The notes beneath the pieces are model-generated. The model searched no databases, was not told the DNA's origin, and saw only the letters and a program-made list of their open reading frames with translations. From the NCBI GenBank assembly GCA_044344255.1, contig JBIJDH010000016.1:32001-96000 (forward strand): a DNA stretch of 64,000 bases, read 5' to 3'. Below, piece by piece: positions 8,559-18,782 of this stretch. Source of the DNA: Myxococcota bacterium. Its GTDB lineage: Bacteria > Myxococcota_A > UBA796 > UBA2385. A program made the position numbers and the translations under genes. The number at the start of each line of letters is the position of its first letter. Position 1 is the stretch's first letter.

Positions 8559-10634
8559 ATGCGCCTCTCATCTCGCATCTCCTTCCTCTCCTCTCTGCTC
8601 TTCGCCCCCGCGCTGCTGGCTGCCGACTGGCCCGACCTATCCACTCCGCCTCGAATTTCTGCCGGGGATGGGAGCAAGGACGCAGCCCTGGTCATTGCGA
8701 TTGAGGACTACGTCTTTGCACAGGATATTCCCGGAGCCGTGCAGAACGGCCGGGACTGGGTGAGCTGGCTTCGAGAGTCACGTCGGGTACCCGTGGTGAA
8801 GTCTCTCGAGAATGGCCAGGCCACCCGAGAGGAGATCCTGCAGGCTGCCCGCGGTGTTGCGGAGCGTGTGAAGCCGGGAGGGCGACTGTGGGTCGTCTAC
8901 ATTGGGCACGGTGCCCCCTCCCGCTCCGCGGATACTGGTGTGCTCGTCGGGGTGGACGCCCAACAGACCGCCCTGTCCCTGGAGGCGCGGAGTATCACCC
9001 TCTCAGAGCTCCAAGACGCCCTCGAGGGTTCGGCCGCCGAGGTGGTGATGGTGCAAGACGCTTGCTTCTCTGGCAAGTCGGCTGCAGGTGACCTTGCACC
9101 GGGCCTGTCACCCCTGAAGGCGGTTTCGGTCTCTATTGGCCCGAAGTGGACGGTCCTCTCCGCTGGGCGCGGCGATGAATACGCAGGACCCCTCGCCAAT
9201 GGCCAGCGACCAGCTTTCAGCTACCTCGTGTTAGGGGCGCTGCGGGGCTGGGGGGACACGGATGCGGATGGTGTCATCTCGGCTGAGGAGGCTGTTCGGT
9301 ACGCAGGCGACACGCTCTTTGAGACGGTGACGGGCCGACAGCAGACCCCGGAGCGACAAGGGCCAAACGTGGCTTTGGGACGGTCCGCCCGGGAGACGGG
9401 CCCCAACCTCGGCAGTTTCGCACGGCCGGTGGCCCGCAGTACCGACAGCCGCGGGGAGAACTCCGTCCAGGTCAACCTCGGCGCAGACGCTACCGACTTT
9501 GCCGCCCTGGCTCGAGAGGCCGAGGTGGCGGATGCCGCCTTGGCCGAAGCCCGGCGAAAGCAACAAGTGGCAAAGGCAAAACAAATGGCGGAGCAGCGAA
9601 AGCTGCTCGACCAGGCGAAGGCGGATGTGATGTCGGCGGCAAGCCGGGACTACGCTGCGATTGAGTCCTTCGTGGAGAAACCAACGACGAACGGGGAGAA
9701 GGTCTTGAGTGCCTGGCTGGCGAGATATGGTCAGGCGACCGTGGAGGTTGGAGGTGTAAAGGAGTCCGTGGTGATTGAAGAGCTGGCCAAAGTCCAGACG
9801 GCATTGAGACGGGCATCATCGAGTCCGCCGATCGACGTCACCAAGACCGCATCGGGAAGTGTGTCGAAGAGTGGGGTGGGCCGGAGCGGGTACAAGATGG
9901 TGGCGGTGCCGGCCGGAGAGTACCTGATGGGTTGCACTTCCGGCCAGAGTGACTGCGCGTCCGACCAGAACCTTCATCTAGTTGAGCTCAGTTACGATTT
10001 CTTGATCGGACAGACCGAGGTGACACAGGGGCTTTGGAGTCGGGTAACTGGGAATAATCCTTCTCGGTTTATTGCCTGCGGGCTGCTCTGTCCGGTAGAG
10101 AATGTGAGTTGGCTGGATGTGGTGCGGTTCGCGAATACACTTTCTCTGTTGGACGGTTTCCGGCCTTGTTACGAATTTGAAGAAGATGATCTCTATTGGC
10201 CGGCCGGAGTCAGTTGTACTGGATATCGCTTGCCCACGGAGTCAGAGTGGGAGATCGCCGCCAGAGGAGGTCGCGACACGTTGTACGCGGGCTCCAACCG
10301 AGTAGAAGAGGCAGGCTGGATTGATACCAATAGCTCCAATCAGACGCACCCTGTCGGGCAAAAGGGTGCAAACGGATACAGTCTATTTGACATGTCCGGA
10401 AACGTTTGGGAGTGGGTTTGGGATTCCTATGGGGCGTATGCCACCAAGAAGACAAAGGATCCCACCGGTCCAGGCGTGCAGCCCGTCGCCGTCAATCGTG
10501 GGGGAAGCTACAATTTCGGTGCGGCCCAAGCGTCTGTTGTTCATCGTGGTCGATTCAACATTTCGGAGCGCAGTGGTAGTCTGGGTTTTCGACTCGTGAG
10601 AACGGTCCACTCGTTCCGGATCCATGAACCATAG
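8559..10634 (+). CDS. Secreted caspase-like (C14) protease fused to an FGE-sulfatase domain
   Basis: Signal peptide, ALVIAIEDY, YIGHG and QDACFSG dyad. C-terminal TEVTQ, RLPTESEWE, DMSGNVWEW, RGGS..GFRLVR. Confidence 0.92.
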   Translation: MRLSSRISFLSSLLFAPALLAADWPDLSTPPRISAGDGSKDAALVIAIEDYVFAQDIPGAVQNGRDWVSWLRESRRVPVVKSLENGQATREEILQAARGVAERVKPGGRLWVVYIGHGAPSRSADTGVLVGVDAQQTALSLEARSITLSELQDALEGSAAEVVMVQDACFSGKSAAGDLAPGLSPLKAVSVSIGPKWTVLSAGRGDEYAGPLANGQRPAFSYLVLGALRGWGDTDADGVISAEEAVRYAGDTLFETVTGRQQTPERQGPNVALGRSARETGPNLGSFARPVARSTDSRGENSVQVNLGADATDFAALAREAEVADAALAEARRKQQVAKAKQMAEQRKLLDQAKADVMSAASRDYAAIESFVEKPTTNGEKVLSAWLARYGQATVEVGGVKESVVIEELAKVQTALRRASSSPPIDVTKTASGSVSKSGVGRSGYKMVAVPAGEYLMGCTSGQSDCASDQNLHLVELSYDFLIGQTEVTQGLWSRVTGNNPSRFIACGLLCPVENVSWLDVVRFANTLSLLDGFRPCYEFEEDDLYWPAGVSCTGYRLPTESEWEIAARGGRDTLYAGSNRVEEAGWIDTNSSNQTHPVGQKGANGYSLFDMSGNVWEWVWDSYGAYATKKTKDPTGPGVQPVAVNRGGSYNFGAAQASVVHRGRFNISERSGSLGFRLVRTVHSFRIHEP

Positions 10635-10729
10635 GTCACAGGCCTGAGCTTGTCGTACGGTCTCCGCGGTTACGGATCTCCTGCCTCCACCCGGATGGTC
10701 CGGGAGGGGGTAGAGGCCGGGGGTGTCAG

Positions 10730-11430
10730 TGTGGCAGCTTTCGACCCACGGCCGCCCCTCAACGGGAGGTCGTTCTGGCACGCCCTTCGGTCTCTGTCTC
10801 TTGCGCCGGCCCGGACTATTCGTGGGTTCCTCATTCTCTCATCGAAGGCATCGCGTTGTGCGCCGACTTTGCGCGACGTGGTGTCCTGGAAGCGATCGGC
10901 GAGAAGGTGCATATCAACCGGCAAGGGGGGCTACAACGGCTTTTACGTCTGGCTTGTGCTTTTCCTCCATCTGTCGGGTGGGTGTGGAAAGGGGAACCGC
11001 AAGTTCTATGAGCAGATTCCGCCGCTGGTCGGTCAAGTCGGCGCGCTTGCGGGGCGCAAGCGGTGATGTCGCCCGCCTCCATCTCGCAGGCGCTCGACTC
11101 CGTCGAGGAGCCCCTGATCCGCCTCTTCGCCAGCTGGCGACTCATGGAGCTGTCGGTGATTGATCCGGTCCTCCGCCGTCCGTCGGCGCTCTCCTACGAT
11201 GCCTCGGGTAGTACTTGGCATGTGTTCCACCGGGACCCGACAGTCACCGCGCTTCGCCAGCGCGGCCTGCCGGCGGACAATGAGTTGCCCGACGCCCACC
11301 GACGCTCAGCCGACACGGGCCGTCCCGGTCACCACGGGCGAAAGAGGGGGAATCTGCAGTTTCGCCGGGTCACCGTCCAACATGCTGGCTCCGGCGCCTG
11401 GGTCCATGCCCACACTGCGGAGAGCGATCA
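10730..11430 (+). pseudogene. Degraded DDE transposase fragment (IS1380/IS4-superfamily-like); limits approximate
   Basis: Frameshifted translation ...KFYEQI...SPASISQALD...WHVFHRDPT.TALRQRGLP...PG..GRKRG...R.TVQHAGSG.W resembles transposases of this type as I recall them. Truncated. Confidence 0.5.
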
Positions 11431-11543
11431 GCATCGAGACTTCGGAGGGCAGACCTTACCACAAGCAATCATGCGAGGGCCGGCGATCGGGCCGCAGCGA
11501 ATCCACGCCACCCGGGTGTGCCTCGGTCGCCAAGTGTGGGCGG

Positions 11544-14500
11544 TCAGGGCGCTTCGGCCTGGGGCCGGAGGACGCCAAGCCGGTCGGCGGAGTGGCGGCG
11601 GGGCTCCTCGTCAGGGATCCGAAGGCCGGCTTCGTCAGCGGCCTTCATGGTTGAGAGCACAAGCTCATAGTGCGCCACCGCTCGGGCGTTCTGCGTGACC
11701 GAGAAGGCTCGGTATTTCTCTTTGAAGGTATGTTTGTCGTCCTCAGAGAGGTCGGGGTGCGGTGCGAGGCTCGCGAGCTGCTTCGCGAAGTGTTCCCGCG
11801 CGCGGCCGCAGCGATCGAGGAGGGCGACCGTGGCGTGGAGATCGCGGGTCTCGTCGCGGATGGACGCCGTCTCTCCCTCCAGGCTCTCGATGATCGCGTT
11901 GAGCTCGAGGCTCCGTGTGGCTACTGCGGCGAACCAGACGGTGGGCGCAACCTCGCCCTCGAGGCCGTCCGCGAGGTGAAAGGACAGGGCCTGGGCCAAT
12001 ATCGGGTCGGCAGAGCGGAGGCGCAGCTCGCCCATGGCTTGACTTGCCATCGGGACGCTCCGCTGTTCGGTGTCAGCCTCTTCCCAGGCCGCATAGGTGA
12101 GCCCCCACGTGGGCTCGGGGTCGGTCCCGGCTCGTGCGAGGGTGAGGCCGGCGGTGTGCGTGAGGGCCACACGACAGGCGGCTGGCAGAGAGGCGGTGCC
12201 CGTTACGGTGAGGACGAGCTCGTCGGCGAGCGGGAGGAGCGCTCGATCCTTCGGTCGAGTGCGAAAGACCGAGACGAGCTGGGCACAGGCCGCGTTCGCT
12301 CCCTCATTTGTCGGGTGGCGTCGGAGCAAGAGCAGGAGGTCTTTCGCGGCCATTCCAGACTGTTCGAGGGAGAGCCGAGCTTCGGCGGCGTCTGCCCAGG
12401 CGGCCACGGCGCTCGGATGCTCGGGGAAACGGCGGGCGAGGCGCTCCGCGGTGTCGGCGAGCAGGGCGAGGCGATTGAGGGAGCGGGCGTCGGCCGCGAG
12501 CTCGGCCATCTGGGCCGCGTACCTCTCCGAAGCACCACGGACGGGATCGAGGTCAAAGCGCCGGAGGTACAGCGCCCGTGTGTCGATTGCGGACTCCAGC
12601 CGCCCTGACTTTCGGTACCAGTCGCTCGCGTTCCACAGGGCCTTCTCGGCGAGATCGACGTCTGGAGTGGTCCGGCCGAGCGCCATCGCCGCGTCGGCGG
12701 CGCGGGAGGGCTCGAGCGCGCCTGTCTCGACGCTCGACACGAGTCGCTTCAATCGGATCGTGGGATCGAGCCGAGTGAGCTCCGCGGTGGCCTCGGCACC
12801 CAGCTCCCCGCCAGCGTACAGCTCCACGAGGAGCGCCTCCGCCTGGATCCAGTCGCCGTCCCCGTCAAAGGTGCCGAAGAGGTCGTCCAGGGCGGCGACG
12901 GAGCCCGGACCGCCGGGATCGGACCCCAGCGCTCGGCGATAGGCCGCCCGGGCCTCGGGCACCTGGCCGCGAGACCAGTAGGTGTCGCCGACCTGCCCCA
13001 ACAGCTCGGCGGACGGGGAGGGGCCGAGCGGGGAGAGGCGGAGGACGCGCTCGGCGGCGCTCACGAACGCTCCATCGACGTTGGAGAGCTCGGCACGCGG
13101 AGAGGGCGGCGTGTGGGCGAGCGAGCCCGAGGAGAGGCCCGCCGTGGTCCGCTCGGCTCCGCGGGCGCCCTCCGCGGCGGCGAGCGCGTCCCGGGCAGCC
13201 TGGGCGGCGGTGGGGGCGCGTCGAGCCTCCAGCTCAGTCGCGATGCCCTCGTAGACCGCCCAGGCCTCGGCGTAGCGGGCGAGGCTGAACAGCGCGTCCG
13301 CCTCGAGGTAGCGACCTCGCTCGAGGTCGGTCCGCCGCGACTCCGGCTCCAGCGAGCGCGTCGCGAGGGGGGAGCTGAGCGCGCGGGTCCAGGCCTGCGC
13401 GAGCCGACGCTCATGGTCGGCCCAAAGTGTGTGGTTCAAGTAGCCCGGGTCGCGACGGTTACGGTCCAGCTCCTGGACCTGCTTCGCGGTCACTTCGCGA
13501 AAGGCAGTTAGGCCTGCGGTGATCTGGTCTTCAGACTCGGCGGGCGAGGCCTCAATCAATGCCGCCGCATTTTCGAGCGCGACGATCGCGTCGGGGACCC
13601 GCAGCTCAACCACGCGCCCCGCCTCGGTGGTCGCCGTGAACAGCAGGTCACCGAGCTCGACCCACAACCGCGCGGCGCGCGTAGTGCCTGCGGACTGGTC
13701 CAGTAGTCTCCGATAGACACGCTCGGCGCCCTCTGCCCGATGCTCCGTAGCGAGGGCGCGCGCGAGCTCCCATCGAGCGGGGACGGGATCGGCAGCGAGC
13801 TCCCCCAGATACTCCCAGCCCGCGTCCGCCTCGTTGAGGACGGCCAGGCTCCGGGCGAGCTCATGCAGGCTCTCCTCCCACAGGCGTGCTTCGCCGCGGG
13901 TCTCGGGGGAGGCCTCGGCTCGGCGGAGTGAACGCAGCAAGAGGTCACGCGCCTCCGCTGGCGCCTGGAGCTGTTGGCGGAGCAGCTTTGCGGCTTCGGT
14001 GGCGGACCACAGGGCTGTGCGAGAGGGCGGCCCGGCCGCGGCCTTCTCCAGGAGCACGAGCGCTGTGTAATGGTCGTCCCGCGCGCGCCAGTGCCAGAAC
14101 CCGAGCTCCGCGTTGGCGATGGCGGCCTCTTCAGAGGCCGGCTGCTCCCGGGCGAGGCGCTGATACCAGACCATGACGCGGAGCTGCGCGGCCGCGATCT
14201 CCTCGGGCGCCGCCGAGGCGCCCTCGAGGTCACTCACCTCCTGCTGCAAGGTCTGGGCGAGCCAGAGCATCACCTCCGGGCGCTCCTTCGCAGTCGGAAA
14301 TCGGTCAATGAGCCAGCTACCGACTACCTCGGCGCGGGAGGTCCAGGCCGTGGCCGGCCCGAAGTCGGGGACAGGGTCGTCCGGCATCGGGCCGAGCGGG
14401 TGGGTGGGATCTGCTCGCAGCGCGGCCAGCTCGGCGCGCGTGATGATGAGGGTCTGCTGGTCGCCCTGGAGGCTGGAGCGGGCGAGGGCGAGCGCGTGGA

Positions 14501-15323
14501 CATGGGCCTGGGCGCGAAGGGTGGCGTCTACCAGGTTGTAAAGAGCACGCGGCTCCATTCGTTCGTCGGCGCTCTCCACCACCCAGCGCTCCCCACCGCG
14601 GATCGCCTCGTCGAGGCGGACCAGGGCCTGCTCGGCCTCCGCGATCTGGCGCTGGGTCTCGGGGATCCGTCGCTCCAGGGTTTGGATCTGGAGCTCGAGG
14701 CGCTCCGGGGCGCCGAGCGGCCCCTCTTCGTGAGCGGGGACGTTCGGACCGAGACGGCGCTCGATCTGCGACACCGCCGCCTCGGCCCGCTCAGCGGAGA
14801 GGGTAGATTGGCTCCGAGAGGCCGCCCGGATGGCCCGCGGCGCCGATTGAGCGAAGGGGAGCTCACAGCCGCTCCGTGCGCCAACGTCGCTTGCACGGGC
14901 GAGGTCCGCTGCGGAGTGCGACTGAAGCAGGACGCGCAGCTCGGCGGCGTCCTGAGTGACCTGTTGGAGCGAGGGCAGCCCGCAGGCCTCGTAGTAGCGC
15001 TCGAGCGTGGGGTCGAGGCAGAGGCCGAAGGCGTCCTGCTTCGACTCGGCCGCTGCCAAGGAGGACGGGGGGCCACCGCCGCGGAGCGCGGAGACGGCTT
15101 CCAATCGTGCCGCATCCACGGCACCCGGAGGGATCCGATAGGGTCCGAGGGTGGCGGCGTCCACCTTCTCTTCGACGTCACCGCAGAGCCCCACCAGGGC
15201 AGACTGTCCGGCCGTCAGGTCGACAGCGACGGGCACGCGGTACCAGTGGCCCTCGGCGTCGCGGAGGGCTCGGAGCGGCTCGGCGGCAGCGAGCGACAGG
15301 GAGAGCAGGAGCAGCCCTTGCAT
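11544..15323 (-). CDS. Large secreted tetratricopeptide-repeat protein with coiled coil
   Basis: Signal peptide MQGLLLLSLSLAAA and recurring TPR-like helices (LGFWHW..DHYTALVLLEKA, GDTYWSRGQVPEARAAYRRAL, ALWNASDWY). Confidence 0.75.
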   Translation of the reverse strand: MQGLLLLSLSLAAAEPLRALRDAEGHWYRVPVAVDLTAGQSALVGLCGDVEEKVDAATLGPYRIPPGAVDAARLEAVSALRGGGPPSSLAAAESKQDAFGLCLDPTLERYYEACGLPSLQQVTQDAAELRVLLQSHSAADLARASDVGARSGCELPFAQSAPRAIRAASRSQSTLSAERAEAAVSQIERRLGPNVPAHEEGPLGAPERLELQIQTLERRIPETQRQIAEAEQALVRLDEAIRGGERWVVESADERMEPRALYNLVDATLRAQAHVHALALARSSLQGDQQTLIITRAELAALRADPTHPLGPMPDDPVPDFGPATAWTSRAEVVGSWLIDRFPTAKERPEVMLWLAQTLQQEVSDLEGASAAPEEIAAAQLRVMVWYQRLAREQPASEEAAIANAELGFWHWRARDDHYTALVLLEKAAAGPPSRTALWSATEAAKLLRQQLQAPAEARDLLLRSLRRAEASPETRGEARLWEESLHELARSLAVLNEADAGWEYLGELAADPVPARWELARALATEHRAEGAERVYRRLLDQSAGTTRAARLWVELGDLLFTATTEAGRVVELRVPDAIVALENAAALIEASPAESEDQITAGLTAFREVTAKQVQELDRNRRDPGYLNHTLWADHERRLAQAWTRALSSPLATRSLEPESRRTDLERGRYLEADALFSLARYAEAWAVYEGIATELEARRAPTAAQAARDALAAAEGARGAERTTAGLSSGSLAHTPPSPRAELSNVDGAFVSAAERVLRLSPLGPSPSAELLGQVGDTYWSRGQVPEARAAYRRALGSDPGGPGSVAALDDLFGTFDGDGDWIQAEALLVELYAGGELGAEATAELTRLDPTIRLKRLVSSVETGALEPSRAADAAMALGRTTPDVDLAEKALWNASDWYRKSGRLESAIDTRALYLRRFDLDPVRGASERYAAQMAELAADARSLNRLALLADTAERLARRFPEHPSAVAAWADAAEARLSLEQSGMAAKDLLLLLRRHPTNEGANAACAQLVSVFRTRPKDRALLPLADELVLTVTGTASLPAACRVALTHTAGLTLARAGTDPEPTWGLTYAAWEEADTEQRSVPMASQAMGELRLRSADPILAQALSFHLADGLEGEVAPTVWFAAVATRSLELNAIIESLEGETASIRDETRDLHATVALLDRCGRAREHFAKQLASLAPHPDLSEDDKHTFKEKYRAFSVTQNARAVAHYELVLSTMKAADEAGLRIPDEEPRRHSADRLGVLRPQAEAP

Positions 15324-15324
15324 T

Positions 15325-16731
15325 TCAGCCCCCGCCGAGGGGCTGGCGGAGGCCGACCCTGAGCCCGGCGCCGAGCTGCCAGGGCCGCTCCCCGTCCCAT
15401 GAGAAGCGGCTGACGGCACCGAAGCCAAAGCCACTGCCGCCGCGGCCGAAGCTCCAGGGCAAGGACTCGATGCCTATCTCGGCGGTCTCCAGGTCGTGCG
15501 CGGCGGCCACCCACAGCGCCGCGGGGCGCCCTCGCTCGCCTTCGAGCGCCCAGCCCACCGAGGCCATTCCCAGCAGCCTCCGGTGGTCCTCTGCTGGCTC
15601 GAAGTCCAGGGCAGCGCCGAGCCCAACGAAGGCGCCCGGCGTACGAACGAGGCGGAGGCTGGCGCGCGTGGCGCTGGTCCAGCTCGTCCCGGTGGCGCCG
15701 AGGACCTCTGCGCCCGCGACGAGGTCGGCCCACCATGGCGCGCCGTCTCGTGGGTCGGTGTCCTGTGCGCTGGTCAGGAGGGCCCGATCACAGTCGGGCA
15801 GGGCGTGGTGGATCTGGAGGCTCTCGGCTCCCCCCAAGCCGACGAGCGCGTCGCCGCCGCCGACGCGCGCGCTGACCTGGGCGTTCACGCCCGCCGCGTT
15901 GAGCGCCTCCGAGAGGGCCAAGGCTCGATCGAGTCGGCTCACCGGCCAGGCTGGAGTGGCACCATCCGGCAGGTCTACGAGGATGAGCGCCGCTCGACTG
16001 CCGCCGGCGCTGAGGCAACGGCTGAGGCTCTCGGTGGAGGGGTCGCCCTCAAGGCTGCAGCGGCGGTCGCTCGCCTCCGAGGCGATCAGCTCGACGCGCG
16101 GCAGGTTGTTTGAGGGGTCGCCCTTCACCAAGGGTCGGGAAAGCACCCGGATCTCTGTCGCGACCTGATCGGAGGCCAGGGTCGCCGCCACGGCCCGGGC
16201 GCGGCGCCAAGCGAGGTCGGGGGAGTAGGCCCGCTGTACCCGTGGGGGCCCTGCGGCGCCGACCAGGAAGGCGACGCCCTCACCGGGCGCCGAGAGGCCG
16301 TGGAGGGTCACCTTTCGGCTGCCGCGCGCGGCCAGGCAGGCCGCCGACCGCCGTAGGGAGGCGCGGGCGCGGGCGTCGAGCTCCGTGCTTCCCCGCTCGA
16401 AGATGACCGGCTCCACCACGCAGTCCGTGGCGACGACAGACAGGGCCGCGGGGTGACAGGTCCGTGCGCCAGAGGCCTGGATGAAGGCGAGGTCATAGAC
16501 GCCGGGATCCGTCCAGGCCGGGATGGTGACGTGGCCGGCTCTATCGACCGGGAGGTGGGCATACTGACCCGAAGTATGTCCCAGCTCGACCTCGACCGAC
16601 CCTTCGGCTTCTACCAGGTTGATCTCACTCGGGAGGTGGCTCGGCACGATGGGCGGGTCCACCCGAGTCGCTGCTGGGGCGTCGTGGAGCAGCGCAGGTA
16701 GAAGTAAGGAAGAGAGGATGGGGGAGATCAC
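15325..16731 (-). CDS. OmpA-like peptidoglycan-binding domain protein with probable C-terminal beta-barrel
   Basis: Signal peptide, IFERGSTELD...VTLHG...LAWRRARAV...RVE (OmpA_C-like, degenerate), and amphipathic beta-strand pattern at the C-terminus. Confidence 0.65.
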   Translation of the reverse strand: MISPILSSLLLPALLHDAPAATRVDPPIVPSHLPSEINLVEAEGSVEVELGHTSGQYAHLPVDRAGHVTIPAWTDPGVYDLAFIQASGARTCHPAALSVVATDCVVEPVIFERGSTELDARARASLRRSAACLAARGSRKVTLHGLSAPGEGVAFLVGAAGPPRVQRAYSPDLAWRRARAVAATLASDQVATEIRVLSRPLVKGDPSNNLPRVELIASEASDRRCSLEGDPSTESLSRCLSAGGSRAALILVDLPDGATPAWPVSRLDRALALSEALNAAGVNAQVSARVGGGDALVGLGGAESLQIHHALPDCDRALLTSAQDTDPRDGAPWWADLVAGAEVLGATGTSWTSATRASLRLVRTPGAFVGLGAALDFEPAEDHRRLLGMASVGWALEGERGRPAALWVAAAHDLETAEIGIESLPWSFGRGGSGFGFGAVSRFSWDGERPWQLGAGLRVGLRQPLGGG

Positions 16732-18782
16732 CGAAGCCTCACCAGCTCGCCGCCGACTCGCAGGCTGAGCGCGTCGTAGGGGACATTCGAGCGACCGTCG
16801 AGGTCAATCCGATCCATGTTCCAACAGAGGTCCAACACCAGCGGGGCGAGGGTGGGGAGATCCAGCCCGACACCGCCCGCGAGATAGAGCCCCCCTCCGG
16901 GACTGCGGTCTCGTACGGGCAGGTTCTGCCCGCCGGGGTTCGATCCACCGGGCAGGGCCTGGATAGAGACGAGGCTCCAGCCCGTGGTGGCCTGGGCGAA
17001 GATCGCCCGCGTCCCGAGGTAGGCGGCGGTCCCGACGCCGATCCCGCCCCTGCCGATGGCGACCCTCGCCGACTGGCCTTCCGCACGGGTCGCGACGTCG
17101 AGGCCGGCGCTGCCTCGTGCCTCAAGGACTCCGTATCCGAGGAAGTGGGCTCGACCTCGGAGCCCGAGATCGACGAGGTTCCAGGCCGTAGGCTCGACGG
17201 ATTGGATGTAGGCGAGGATGTCGTTCTCTCTCGCTTCGTCGTCCTCCACCCGTCCCCAGGCGGGGCTGTGCGTGTATCCCCCGAGCAAATCGAAGCGGAG
17301 CGCGTTCCCGAAGCGCGCGTCGGAGAATGGCACCCTGGCGTGTGAGAAGAGACCCTTTCGAGATTGAGTGTCGACGAGGTACTCGCTAATGTCCCGGGAC
17401 ATCGCGTCTCCGGCGGGCGGGTGGGCTCCCGCGGGGACGCCTTCGATCAGCCTGCCTATATGCGGAAGATCGGCGCCCATTATTGCAGAGACATCGCTCC
17501 CGTCCGGCGCACCGGCTCCGGGGCCAAGGTCGAGGAAGTAGAGGTCGCGGGTGGGGCTGTTACGCTCGATAGGGATGCGCAGGTGTGCCTTTCTCGTTGT
17601 CTCGAGGCGTTTGCCATTCACGTTTATCTCGGCCACTACGCCGCTGGGCTCGGCGATCAAGAGGCGGGCGCCGGTGGAACGATCCACCGCCAGGTCCACC
17701 TGTCGGCCGTCGCCTTGATCGACCCGGAGCAGCACCCGCTCCGGATTGTTGTCGGGAGCGGTGGTCCTCCCCACGAACTCCGGCTCACCGGCGGTCTGGA
17801 GGTTGAAGAAGCTTGACAGCTCGGCGAAGGTGATATCCCCGCTGTCATCGGCGTCCGCGCCGCCCATGAGGCCGCTGAGGACCACGTGCGTGAGGATCCC
17901 GGATCGGAGCGAGTCCGCCTCCGGGACGGTCGTGGCGGACCGGAACACCGCGATGCTCCCATTTCCGAGGGGGCGGCCGGGGGCCAGCCGAAAGAGCTTG
18001 TGCTCGACCTCCCCACGGACGGCCTCGTCGGCGGTCACCACGTTCCCGTAGCAGGCGTCGGCGATGATGACGACCAGCGCGGCGCCGCGTCGATCGACGA
18101 GCTCGTGTACCCAGCCCTCGAGCGCGTCGGCGCGGAGGACTCCGTCCTGGAGCACGAGGCCCTCCGGGGTCCCATGGCCCGAGAAGTGGAACCAGACAAC
18201 GTCTTCGGGCTGGCGTCCACGGATCTGCGGACTGCGCGGGAAGTGAAGAGGGTCGCAGCCTTCGAGGTCACCGCCGCGGAGGGAGGCGATGCGGCAACCG
18301 GTGTCGTGAAAGGCCCGCTCGAGATCGGAGACGGTGCTCTGGGACTGACCCGGTGTCATGGCCGTGGCGGGGAGCGGCTCGCCGGTGTGGTCGGACCGTA
18401 GGACAAGGACACGGGTGGACGAGGTGTAACGAGTGAACAGCTCCTGGCCCCGTTGCGCATCCCGCATCGGCCATCTGAGGCGGAACTGTTCCGGAGATAG
18501 GCAGCCAGTAGAGGAGACCGGCGCCGGTTGGTCGTCGACACGACCATCCTCGCTCGGTGGGTCGTCGACCACCGTGAAGCCCTTGGTCCCGGACCCGCCT
18601 GAAGAGGGCTTGAGCTCATCGGGGCGCCGGTAGCAGGGGCTCCCATCCGCGGTGAAGCCCACGAGCGGCGCGTTGTCATGGGCCGCTACAATGGCGTGGT
18701 AACGCTGCTCTCGGGGTGTCCGCGCCACCGCGCTGTCGTCCAAGGCCAGTATCAGGGATAGAGTGGGCAGCATAAGGCTCAC
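16728..18782 (-). CDS. Secreted caspase-like (C14) protein with probable C-terminal outer-membrane beta-barrel
   Basis: WFHFSGHG, IIADACY, SGILTH and GADADDSGDITFAEL motifs. Alternating Gly/aromatic beta strands in the last ~190 aa. 4-nt overlaps with both neighbours. Confidence 0.85.
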   Translation of the reverse strand: MSLMLPTLSLILALDDSAVARTPREQRYHAIVAAHDNAPLVGFTADGSPCYRRPDELKPSSGGSGTKGFTVVDDPPSEDGRVDDQPAPVSSTGCLSPEQFRLRWPMRDAQRGQELFTRYTSSTRVLVLRSDHTGEPLPATAMTPGQSQSTVSDLERAFHDTGCRIASLRGGDLEGCDPLHFPRSPQIRGRQPEDVVWFHFSGHGTPEGLVLQDGVLRADALEGWVHELVDRRGAALVVIIADACYGNVVTADEAVRGEVEHKLFRLAPGRPLGNGSIAVFRSATTVPEADSLRSGILTHVVLSGLMGGADADDSGDITFAELSSFFNLQTAGEPEFVGRTTAPDNNPERVLLRVDQGDGRQVDLAVDRSTGARLLIAEPSGVVAEINVNGKRLETTRKAHLRIPIERNSPTRDLYFLDLGPGAGAPDGSDVSAIMGADLPHIGRLIEGVPAGAHPPAGDAMSRDISEYLVDTQSRKGLFSHARVPFSDARFGNALRFDLLGGYTHSPAWGRVEDDEARENDILAYIQSVEPTAWNLVDLGLRGRAHFLGYGVLEARGSAGLDVATRAEGQSARVAIGRGGIGVGTAAYLGTRAIFAQATTGWSLVSIQALPGGSNPGGQNLPVRDRSPGGGLYLAGGVGLDLPTLAPLVLDLCWNMDRIDLDGRSNVPYDALSLRVGGELVRLR

